A stretch of DNA of 58,898 nucleotides from an uncultured bacterium (GTDB taxonomy: Bacteria > Verrucomicrobiota > Verrucomicrobiia > Verrucomicrobiales > DEV007), in assembly GCA_963977015.1 (NCBI GenBank), contig CAXBMO010000032.1:1-58898 (forward strand), written 5' to 3'. A program made the translations under genes and the position numbers. Positions 1-5,513 of this stretch are shown here, in pieces (position 1 is the stretch's first letter; each line of letters opens with the position of its first letter). The notes beneath the pieces are model-generated. The model was given only the letters and a program-made list of their open reading frames with translations, searched no databases and was not told where the DNA came from.

Positions 1-93
1 AAACAGTCCAGCCAGAAACAGTCCAGCCAGAAACAGTCCAGCCAGAAACAGTCCAGCCAGAAACAGTCCAACCAGAAACAGTCCAACCAGAAA
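1..93. repeat. 15-bp tandem repeat (AAACAGTCCARCCAG x6, runs off the window start)
   Basis: Four copies of aaacagtccagccag, then two of aaacagtccaaccag, head-to-tail with no spacers. Confidence 0.95.
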
Positions 94-139
94 TGGGCTG
101 AAAGCCCAACCGCGCAAAGCACAGGGTTTCAACCCTGTG
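94..139. repeat. REP-like palindromic element, left flank of RAYT
   Basis: tgggctgaaagccca...cacagggtttcaaccctgtg contains two palindromes; a near-perfect inverted copy lies at 709-754. Confidence 0.85.
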
Positions 140-191
140 TCAATGAATCCCAAACGGGATGCGGCCTGAATGGCCGCCCGCAGTCGCCCGA

Positions 192-644
192 TCAACCCCA
201 AAGATACCGCTCATCAAAATCGACTTGATACTTCTTCAAGAACTTCAGGTATTCCTCCTGAAAGGTGGTGACCTTGTGATGTTCTTTCTGGTTTCGAAGA
301 TAGCCCATCGCGACGTCAAGATCGGGCGGACTAACGCTGAACCAGCCATACCCCACCTGCCACGCAAACTTCGGACGATCTGAAAAGGTCGAATTGATCC
401 AACGCGACGAGTCGCCTTTCAGTTGGCTCATGAATTCCTGGTCCGCGACCATTTTGGACTCCCTGATCAAGAGGTGGACATGATCCGGCATTCCACCAAT
501 TTCGAGAAGACTCCCTTCCAGCCGTCGGATGATTCCGCCCATGTATTCGTACAACCTGGACTCGATTTCACCAGTAATCATCGGTTCCCGATTCTTCGTG
601 GAGAACACGATGTGTCCATAGGTGCAGTGTAGTGACTGTGGCAT
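192..644 (-). mobile_element. IS200/IS605-type Y1 HUH transposase (REP-associated tyrosine transposase, RAYT)
   Basis: HIVFSTKNR, HUH motif DHVHLL, FAWQxGYG, YLRNQKEHH; flanked by inverted REP-like palindromes. Confidence 0.9.
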
Positions 645-708
645 GGTTGATGATGATTGGTCGACTGCTGGCGACCTGTCAGGCCGCGATCTTTGCTGAA
701 TCCGATTT

Positions 709-754
709 CACAGGGTTGAAACCCTGTGCTTTGTGCGGATGGGCTTTCAGCCCA
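709..754. repeat. REP-like palindromic element, right flank of RAYT
   Basis: cacagggttgaaaccctgtg...tgggctttcagccca, the reverse complement of 94-139 with few mismatches. Confidence 0.85.
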
Positions 755-820
755 TCATTGCCTAACGCTACTTCCTGGTCCCGCAGGATGCAACTGCCTT
801 GGTTTTTGCCGAAAGTAAAT

Positions 821-852
821 GGCGGCGAACCTGTTTACGCAGGCCCGCCGCC
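821..852 (-). terminator. GC-rich hairpin just downstream of the TROVE gene (possible terminator)
   Basis: ggcggcg-aa-cctg-tttacg-cagg-cc-cgccgcc hairpin about 17 nt past the stop; T-rich tail on the minus strand. Confidence 0.45.
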
Positions 853-869
853 GGGGTTGAAGGTTCCGA

Positions 870-2303
870 TTAAAGTTCCATCGCTTCGATTTGATGGAGA
901 AGCGCGCTCTTGTCCTTTTCGAGGAACATGAGCGTTTCCATCGTCTTATCCGAAAAGCCTGCGAGCGCGTAAACGCCGCGTTCCGGAAATTGAAGCGATC
1001 CGTAACCAGCCAGATCAAAGCTGTAGACACGAGGACGGTTTCCCGCCTTCTTGACATAAGCTTCGAAGCTTTCGGTTGGCGTATAATATCCCATCCAGCC
1101 CTGCATATCAGAGAGGATAACGACGCGATCGTAAGCCTTCCGAGCCGTTTGGAAGATCGCGTGGAAGTTGGTTCCGGCGAACCGGGCCTTTTCTTCCATG
1201 CGTTGCGCCAGACTCAAGGTGCTATCATCACGGTTGAAGGTCTTGAACTCGGCGATATCGCTGAAGAGCATGAGATCCGCATCGTTGGTCTTGTAAAGGA
1301 CCGATGCAAAGAGCGATCCGATCTTGATCGGATTTCCATGCATGGATCCGGAACTATCCAGCGCGATCAACGTACGACCTTCGAGCACCGGAACATTCTC
1401 CAATGCAAGATCGACAGCCTTACTGAGCGCACGAATCACCTTTTGGCGATTTGGCAAATCAGTCGCCTGTTCCACGGCATCCAGAGCGGTGCGGAAGCGG
1501 AACGGCAGCACGAGCGACTTGCGGATCAACCGCGGATCCTGCAGCAACGCAAGCGCGTCATCGACGACGTCCGGAGACTGTTCGAGGATGTTGCGCAGGT
1601 TGCGAAGCAGCGCGAAGTATCCGATCTTGCGACTACGAATGAGGTCCGCCCAGGCTCCCGCCTTACGACCAGCCTTGTCTTCGGCATTCTCCGCTTGTTG
1701 ACCAGCCTGCGTCAGCTTGGTTTCCCAGGTTTCCGCCGGCTGAAGCGTTCCCGCCATCAACTGCCCCAAAGCTTGGGTGTGCGGAGGGTGAAGCAGGTTC
1801 ACCGCATCCACCAGCTTGAGTTCAGCACCTTCGCGCCGGTACTTGGCCAGTTGGTAGGCATCGAACCGGGTCAGGGCTTGGCCCAATCCCTTCTTGAGAG
1901 AGTTTGGCAAGGGCTTTCCATGGACCGCCATGTGGTAGGCCAGGATTTCGAGAACGTCATCAACGCGGTAGACCACGCGATCGAAGAAGCGACGCGTCCA
2001 ATCGGCACCCTTGACCTGGTGCGCCAGTTCCCCGGCGACCAAGTGGCTGACCGAACGCATCCCTGCTTCACGACGAGCATAAAGCGCCGCCTTCGCGACA
2101 AAAGGCTTGTCGTTGATCTCGCGGATCAGTTCCTGGAGCCGCTTTGCGGAATCACCCGCCTTGCGGTAGTACTGGTTTTCCAGGAAACAGGTGAGGAGCA
2201 TGGTCACCAGTTCGAGCTTGGCGCTCTGGGTGAAGGCCTCGCCACCTGCCAGGTTGATGGTTGTCGATTCTGTTTGCTTTTGTCTTTTCAGATTGAACTT
2301 CAT
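870..2303 (-). CDS. rsr: TROVE-domain Ro60 ortholog with C-terminal vWA domain (Rsr-like)
   Basis: INLAGGEAF, FDAYQLAKY, TWETKLT and ALLRNLRN TROVE motifs; MIDAS DSSGS; GTNF; ILSDMQ. AGGAGG SD lies about 11 nt upstream and Y-RNA-like genes are adjacent. Confidence 0.93.
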   Translation of the reverse strand: MKFNLKRQKQTESTTINLAGGEAFTQSAKLELVTMLLTCFLENQYYRKAGDSAKRLQELIREINDKPFVAKAALYARREAGMRSVSHLVAGELAHQVKGADWTRRFFDRVVYRVDDVLEILAYHMAVHGKPLPNSLKKGLGQALTRFDAYQLAKYRREGAELKLVDAVNLLHPPHTQALGQLMAGTLQPAETWETKLTQAGQQAENAEDKAGRKAGAWADLIRSRKIGYFALLRNLRNILEQSPDVVDDALALLQDPRLIRKSLVLPFRFRTALDAVEQATDLPNRQKVIRALSKAVDLALENVPVLEGRTLIALDSSGSMHGNPIKIGSLFASVLYKTNDADLMLFSDIAEFKTFNRDDSTLSLAQRMEEKARFAGTNFHAIFQTARKAYDRVVILSDMQGWMGYYTPTESFEAYVKKAGNRPRVYSFDLAGYGSLQFPERGVYALAGFSDKTMETLMFLEKDKSALLHQIEAMEL

Positions 2304-2383
2304 GAGGTGGTCGGACCTCCTTTCTAGTTAGGGTTGTTGGAAAACTCCCTTCGCGAGCAACGAAGGAAGAAGTTGAGAAAGGA

Positions 2384-2471
2384 TCGGAGAGAAAACCGGT
2401 CGGGGTAATAGCTCACCCAATGTGGATGAATTCGTTTAACAGACGAAGGAACCCCAACCTCACTACTCCGA
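2384..2471 (-). ncRNA. Y-RNA-like gene 1 (short, YrlB-like)
   Basis: Minus strand: terminal stem TCGGAG/CTCCGA, internal loop TAGTGA / GGTTTTCT, stem GGTTGGGG/CCCCGACC, then TTCCTTCG. Same scaffold as the two neighbouring units; immediately upstream of rsr. Confidence 0.7.
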
Positions 2472-2489
2472 AATGGGTGGAGGGAAAGG

Positions 2490-2632
2490 TCACTCTGGAG
2501 AATGCCGGAAGGAGACACAATACCGTGCTCTACCAACTGAGCTATCTCCCAAGAACCTTGGGAGAGTGGGACTCGAACCCACGACCACGCGCGTCGAAAG
2601 CGAAGGAACTCCTCGCCTCACTGCCAGAGTGA
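2490..2632 (-). ncRNA. yrlA: Y RNA with permuted tRNA-like domain (YrlA-like)
   Basis: Terminal stem TCACTCTGG/CCAGAGTGA. The T-arm GTGGG-TTCGAGT-CCCAC comes before a closed acceptor-like hairpin TCTCCCAAG-GTT-CTTGGGAGA and then a D-arm TA-GCTC-AGTTGGTA-GAGC, the order known for YrlA. Confidence 0.88.
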
Positions 2633-2654
2633 TTTTATTTCCCAGGAAAGAGGT

Positions 2655-2780
2655 CACGCGAAGAATAGTGAACCGGGCAAAGTTGTCCGGTCCAAAAAGG
2701 CGGACCGGGCAGGAGTTGAACCTACTAATCTGAGCGCGTCAGACGTACACCGAAGTATCCCAGATTCTCGCTATCGCGTG
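2655..2780 (-). ncRNA. Y-RNA-like gene 3 (T-arm plus closed acceptor-like stem, no D-arm)
   Basis: Terminal stem CACGCGA/TCGCGTG, TAGCGA / ACTATTCT internal loop, ATACTTCG motif, T-arm GTAGG-TTCAACT-CCTGC, then CCGGTCC/GGACCGG hairpin. Confidence 0.75.
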
Positions 2781-2797
2781 TTTTAAAAAAGGCTGAG

Positions 2798-2868
2798 CAT
2801 CCGAGCATGGATTCGAACCATGATTCTCGCCTTCAAAGGGCGATGTCCTTCCGTTAGACGACTCGGAT
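2798..2868 (-). tRNA. tRNA-Gln(TTG)
   Basis: Acceptor ATCCGAG/CTCGGAT; anticodon arm TCGCC-CTTTGAA-GGCGA; T-loop TTCGAAT; no encoded CCA. Confidence 0.9.
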
Positions 2869-2881
2869 GAAAGAAGAAAAA

Positions 2882-2955
2882 TCGGTCTGGAAGGACTTGC
2901 ACCCTCAACCTGCCGGGTAAGAACCGGATGCTCTCCTAACTTGAGCTACAGACCG
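2882..2955 (-). tRNA. tRNA-Lys(CTT)
   Basis: Acceptor CGGTCTG/CAGACCG; anticodon loop TTCTTAC; T-loop TGCAAGT. Confidence 0.85.
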
Positions 2956-2960
2956 TTGTC

Positions 2961-3011
2961 GTAGCCACGATTGGTAATCGTGGTATGAATTCGAGTGCCA
3001 CTCGAATCTAC
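2961..3011. repeat. GTAG-bounded double-hairpin (REP doublet-like) element, copy 1
   Basis: GTAG-CCACGATT-GGT-AATCGTGG ... ATTCGAGT-GCC-ACTCGAAT-CTAC; second copy at 3748-3799. Confidence 0.8.
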
Positions 3012-3016
3012 AAAGG

Positions 3017-3109
3017 CGGAGCTTTGAGGACTTGCACCCCATGCCTCGTTTTCGCGAGGCACCATTCGTTTAGCAAACGACTCCGACACGCTTGTTCGGT
3101 TAAAACTCC
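3017..3109 (-). tRNA. tRNA-Ser(GCT)
   Basis: Acceptor GGAGTTT/AAGCTCC, G73; loop TTGCTAA; long variable arm TGCCTCG/CGAGGCA; T-loop TGCAAGT. Confidence 0.85.
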
Positions 3110-3124
3110 AATCGAAATACCAAG

Positions 3125-3197
3125 TGCCCGTAGCAGGATTTGCACCTGCACTGAACCGCTTTTGAGTCGGCTGCCTCTGCTGTTGGGCTATACGGGC
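3125..3197 (-). tRNA. tRNA-Leu(CAA), short variable loop
   Basis: Acceptor GCCCGTA/TACGGGC, A73; loop CTCAAAA; 5-nt variable loop; T-loop TGCAAAT. Confidence 0.85.
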
Positions 3198-3214
3198 GTT
3201 TCGTTGCAAAGAAG

Positions 3215-3287
3215 TGCTCACGGAAGGATTCGCACCTTCAACTCCTCGGTTTTAAGTCGAGTGCCTCTGCTCTTGGGCCACGTGAGC
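3215..3287 (-). tRNA. tRNA-Leu(TAA), short variable loop
   Basis: Acceptor GCTCACG/CGTGAGC; loop CTTAAAA; T-loop TGCGAAT. Confidence 0.85.
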
Positions 3288-3298
3288 CTGCTCATTCG

Positions 3299-3374
3299 TC
3301 GACCCGGTGGGAATCGCACCCACGTCCTCTCGCTTATAAGGCGAGCGCTCTCACTGCGCCTGAGCTACGGGTCA
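3299..3374 (-). tRNA. tRNA-Ile(TAT)
   Basis: Acceptor TGACCCG/CGGGTCG; arm CTCGC-CTTATAA-GCGAG; T-loop TGCGATT. Confidence 0.85.
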
Positions 3375-3387
3375 AAAGGTAGAACGG

Positions 3388-3460
3388 TACCCACGACAGG
3401 ATTTGCACCTGCAACCTTCCGCTTCTAAAACGGACGCCTCTGCTATTGGGCTACGTGGGC
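3388..3460 (-). tRNA. tRNA-Leu(TAG), short variable loop
   Basis: Acceptor GCCCACG/CGTGGGT; arm TCCGT-TTTAGAA-GCGGA; T-loop TGCAAAT. Confidence 0.85.
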
Positions 3461-3480
3461 CAATGTCAATTTGATGAACG

Positions 3481-3554
3481 TTCCACCGGTCGGTGTCGCA
3501 CCGACATGGTCTCCTTTACGAGAGGAGTGCATTGCTGACTTCTGCCACGGTGGA
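3481..3554 (-). tRNA. tRNA-Thr(CGT)
   Basis: Acceptor TCCACCG/CGGTGGA; arm CTCCT-CTCGTAA-AGGAG; T-loop TGCGACA. Confidence 0.85.
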
Positions 3555-3571
3555 TAAATGGAGTTTGTAGG

Positions 3572-3644
3572 CACTCCCGGTAGGACTCGAACCTACAACC
3601 TGATGCTTCGAAGGCACCCGCTCTTCCAATTGAGCTACAGGAGC
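3572..3644 (-). tRNA. tRNA-Arg(TCG)
   Basis: Acceptor GCTCCTG/CGGGAGT; arm GGTGC-CTTCGAA-GCATC; canonical D-loop GG and T-loop TTCGAGT. Confidence 0.92.
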
Positions 3645-3662
3645 GAAAAGAAATCTAATCAA

Positions 3663-3747
3663 TACGGGATGGAGGATTCGAACCCCTCGACAGCCAACCC
3701 ACAGTTTATGGTCGACACGTTAGAAGCATGTGGTGGGAACATCCCGC
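3663..3747 (-). tRNA. D-armless tRNA-like RNA, anticodon TCT (Arg)
   Basis: 8-bp acceptor GCGGGATG/CATCCCGT; no D-arm; arm ACATG-CTTCTAA-CGTGT; expanded variable region; 4-bp T-stem with TTCGAAT loop. Confidence 0.7.
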
Positions 3748-3799
3748 GTAGCCACGACTGGTAGTCGTGGTTTGAAATTCGAGTCCCACTCGAATCTAC
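3748..3799. repeat. GTAG-bounded double-hairpin (REP doublet-like) element, copy 2
   Basis: GTAG-CCACGACT-GGT-AGTCGTGG ... ATTCGAGT-CCC-ACTCGAAT-CTAC; compensatory T:A to C:G change relative to copy 1. Confidence 0.8.
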
Positions 3800-3810
3800 G
3801 ACTAAAAAAA

Positions 3811-3881
3811 TAGGGGCTGAAGGTAACGCTCCCTCGTCTCCTGTGTGTAAAACAGGCGTCCTACTATTGAACGAAGCCCCC
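3811..3881 (-). tRNA. tRNA-Val(TAC)
   Basis: Acceptor GGGGGCT/AGCCCCT; arm CCTGT-TTTACAC-ACAGG; T-loop AGCGTTA. Confidence 0.85.
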
Positions 3882-3904
3882 ATCACTATGATCATGTGAG
3901 GAAG

Positions 3905-3978
3905 TATCCCGGGAGGGATTTGCACCCCCAACCTCTGCGCACTCAACACAGCGCCTCTGCTGATTGGGCTACCGGGAC
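3905..3978 (-). tRNA. tRNA-Leu(GAG), short variable loop
   Basis: Acceptor GTCCCGG/CCGGGAT; arm CTGTG-TTGAGTG-CGCAG; T-loop TGCAAAT. Confidence 0.83.
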
Positions 3979-3980
3979 AT

Positions 3981-4052
3981 TGGGGCCAACGGCGAGTCTC
4001 TCACTCGCATCTTCCGACTTACAAGGTCGGCGCACTTCTCTGCCACGCTGGC
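3981..4052 (-). tRNA. tRNA-Thr(TGT), CCA encoded
   Basis: Acceptor GCCAGCG/CGTTGGC-C-CCA; arm CCGAC-CTTGTAA-GTCGG; T-loop TGAGAGA; small D-arm. Confidence 0.82.
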
Positions 4053-4069
4053 GTCTCAAAAGAAAGCGG

Positions 4070-4141
4070 TGCGCCGTGCCGGTGCTGCCCCGGCTCCTCC
4101 TGTTTGGAAGACAGACGTCCTAGCTGGTAGACGAACAGCGC
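4070..4141 (-). tRNA. tRNA-Gly(TCC)
   Basis: Acceptor GCGCTGT/ACGGCGC; arm TCTGT-CTTCCAA-ACAGG; T-loop GGCAGCA. Confidence 0.83.
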
Positions 4142-4155
4142 TTCAAGGTGAAAGA

Positions 4156-4229
4156 ATGCCCGTGCGGGAATCGCACCCGCCACACTCTGGGTTGCAACCA
4201 GGCCGGTTCACTAGCTCCGGTCACGGGCG
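4156..4229 (-). tRNA. tRNA-Cys(GCA)
   Basis: GCCCGT/ACGGGC acceptor with U73; loop TTGCAAC; T-loop TGCGATT. Confidence 0.8.
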
Positions 4230-4243
4230 TCTTCCGAGAAAGG

Positions 4244-4316
4244 GTTGATCGACGGGATTTGCACCCGCACCGCAACCTTCACAGGGTCGAATGCTAACAT
4301 TTACACTACGATCAAC
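4244..4316 (-). tRNA. tRNA-His(GTG)
   Basis: G-1:C73 present; acceptor TTGATCG/CGATCAA; arm CGACC-CTGTGAA-GGTTG; T-loop TGCAAAT. Confidence 0.87.
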
Positions 4317-4345
4317 ATCTCTGGATTCAATACCACTACCAAGAG

Positions 4346-4416
4346 TCCCCCCGGTGGGTAACGCTCCCACTTCTGCGGTTTAAAAGACCGCTGCATCACT
4401 TTAATGCTTCGAGGGA
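4346..4416 (-). tRNA. tRNA-Lys(TTT)
   Basis: Acceptor TCCCTCG/CGGGGGG; arm GCGGT-CTTTTAA-ACCGC; T-loop AGCGTTA. Confidence 0.85.
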
Positions 4417-4436
4417 AGAAGTGATGGATTTCTACC

Positions 4437-4507
4437 TATCCCCGCCAGGATTTGCACCTGATCCGACGCCTTCGCACGACGCCATGCTTCTCTTACACTA
4501 CAGGGAC
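4437..4507 (-). tRNA. tRNA-Arg(GCG)
   Basis: Acceptor GTCCCTG/CGGGGAT; arm GCGTC-GTGCGAA-GGCGT; T-loop TGCAAAT. Confidence 0.8.
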
Positions 4508-4530
4508 AACTCCATTCGCTACCGCCAAAA

Positions 4531-4601
4531 CGCCTCATGCCGGTTACGCTCCGACTCAACCTGTTCGACAGACAGGCAGGCTACTATTACATCAATGAGG
4601 C
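4531..4601 (-). tRNA. tRNA-Asp(GTC)
   Basis: Acceptor GCCTCAT/ATGAGGC, G73; arm CCTGT-CTGTCGA-ACAGG; T-loop AGCGTAA. Confidence 0.83.
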
Positions 4602-4613
4602 TTGTTGAAGAAG

Positions 4614-4685
4614 TGGCTGGCTCCGGAATTGCACCGGGCTCTCGTCGCCTTCAACGACACGCTAATCTGTCTCAGCTATCCAGCC
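4614..4685 (-). tRNA. tRNA-Phe(GAA)
   Basis: GGCTGG/CCAGCC acceptor; arm TGTCG-TTGAAGG-CGACG; T-loop TGCAATT. Confidence 0.8.
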
Positions 4686-4700
4686 TTTGAATTCCCGAAA

Positions 4701-4771
4701 TCGTCCTGGATGGTAACGCTCCACCGTCTACCGGTTATCAACCGGTTGCTCTGCTTTTGAGCTACAGGACG
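4701..4771 (-). tRNA. tRNA-Ile(GAT)
   Basis: Acceptor CGTCCTG/CAGGACG; arm ACCGG-TTGATAA-CCGGT; T-loop AGCGTTA. Confidence 0.87.
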
Positions 4772-4782
4772 CGAAAGAAAGG

Positions 4783-4854
4783 CACCTCCGCTTGGACTCG
4801 AACCAAGCTCGCGAGGCTTAACAGGCCTGCTGCACACCCGGTGCATTCGAAGGT
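4783..4854 (-). tRNA. tRNA-Asn(GTT)
   Basis: Acceptor ACCTTCG/CGGAGGT, G73; loop CTGTTAA; T-loop TTCGAGT. Confidence 0.85.
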
Positions 4855-4862
4855 CAAAGAAG

Positions 4863-4937
4863 ACTCGGGGGCGGGAATCGAACCCGCGTGAAAGGCGGCT
4901 TATGAGGCCCCTTCGAGACGCCAACGCTCTCCCCGAA
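4863..4937 (-). tRNA. tRNA with CAT anticodon (Met, atypical D-arm and anticodon stem)
   Basis: Acceptor TTCGGGG/CCCCGAG; loop CTCATAA; T-arm GCGGG-TTCGATT-CCCGC. Confidence 0.75.
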
Positions 4938-4962
4938 GAATGGAAATGTTCGAACCAAGATA

Positions 4963-5054
4963 CGGGCCACGGAGGTCCTGCCCCCCAAACGCAGGACTAC
5001 TGCGTTCAATCCGTTTTCAAGACGGTTCCGGCACGCTTGTCCGGTTCGGGACCC
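4963..5054 (-). tRNA. tRNA-Ser(TGA)
   Basis: Same unusual D region as Ser(GCT) (CCGGACAAGCGTGCCGG); loop CTTGAAA; long variable arm AACGCAG/CTGCGTT; T-loop GGCAGGA; G73. Confidence 0.78.
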
Positions 5055-5076
5055 ATGTCTCTTTGGTTGTGAAAGG

Positions 5077-5162
5077 TAGGTCCTGGTGGAATCGCACCAC
5101 GCGTCGACTTTCGGCTTCTTTTATGACAACGGTTTTACAGACCGCCAGCCGAGGCAGGACCT
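5077..5162 (-). tRNA. D-armless tRNA-like RNA, anticodon GTA (Tyr)
   Basis: 8-bp acceptor AGGTCCTG/CAGGACCT, A73; no D-arm; arm GCGGT-CTGTAAA-ACCGT; expanded variable region; 4-bp T-stem GTGG-TGCGATT-CCAC. Confidence 0.75.
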
Positions 5163-5175
5163 ATGTGAAAGAAAT

Positions 5176-5251
5176 TGGCAAGGCGTGGGGGAATTGAACC
5201 CGCCGTTCCCAGACTGAAAACCTGGTGTCCTAGCCATTAGACGAACGCCTC
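5176..5251 (-). tRNA. tRNA-Glu(TTC), CCA encoded
   Basis: Acceptor GAGGCGT/ACGCCTT-G-CCA; arm CCAGG-TTTTCAG-TCTGG; T-loop TTCAATT. Confidence 0.88.
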
Positions 5252-5268
5252 ATTTGGAAAAATGGAAA

Positions 5269-5336
5269 TGGGAGGTCCTGGTAACGCTCCAGGCATCCAG
5301 GGTTATGAGCCCCGGGGCAGAACTTTCTGACCTCCA
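5269..5336 (-). tRNA. Initiator-like tRNA-Met(CAT) with miniature D-arm
   Basis: 1:72 mismatch (T/C), GGAGGT/ACCTCC acceptor, three G-C pairs next to the CTCATAA loop, D-arm reduced to CAGA-AAGT-TCTG, T-loop AGCGTTA. Confidence 0.72.
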
Positions 5337-5350
5337 ATCTGCTGATTGCG

Positions 5351-5424
5351 TCGCGGTGGTAGGACTCGCACCTACTTCCTGAGACTTCCAAGGTCCCTAT
5401 CTCGACTACTTCGACCTCACCGCG
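5351..5424 (-). tRNA. tRNA-Pro(TGG)
   Basis: Acceptor CGCGGTG/CACCGCG, A73; arm GGGAC-CTTGGAA-GTCTC; T-loop TGCGAGT. Confidence 0.85.
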
Positions 5425-5434
5425 AAAACTGGTA

Positions 5435-5507
5435 TGGAGACACTCGGTAACGCTCCGAGTCCTGCTGCTTGCAAGGCAGCCGTGCTATCTTTTATCACTA
5501 TGCCCCC
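5435..5507 (-). tRNA. tRNA-Ala(TGC)
   Basis: Acceptor GGGGGCA/TGTCTCC with the G3:U70 identity pair; arm GCTGC-CTTGCAA-GCAGC; T-loop AGCGTTA. Confidence 0.88.
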
Positions 5508-5513
5508 AAAGAA

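Noticed and set aside
1-93. CRISPR array
   Set aside because: Repeats are contiguous with no unique spacers, and there are no cas genes.
891-2327. Long antisense ORFs opposite real genes (e.g. 891-2327, 11874-13319, 13972-15390, 52531-53874)
   Set aside because: Typical shadow ORFs of GC-rich coding strands; the opposite strand carries the recognisable family motifs.
2524-2590. An ordinary tRNA gene suggested by perfect D-arm and T-arm words
   Set aside because: The T-arm precedes the D-arm, the acceptor is closed by a loop and there is no anticodon loop; this is the YrlA arrangement.
3715-3731. Reading the D-armless RNA as an amber suppressor or tRNA-Pyl (loop TTCTAAC, anticodon CTA)
   Set aside because: That register needs CATGC/GTGTC (one mismatch, two wobbles), whereas ACATG/CGTGT gives five pairs around a canonical CT-TCT-AA loop. 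No pyl genes are in the window.
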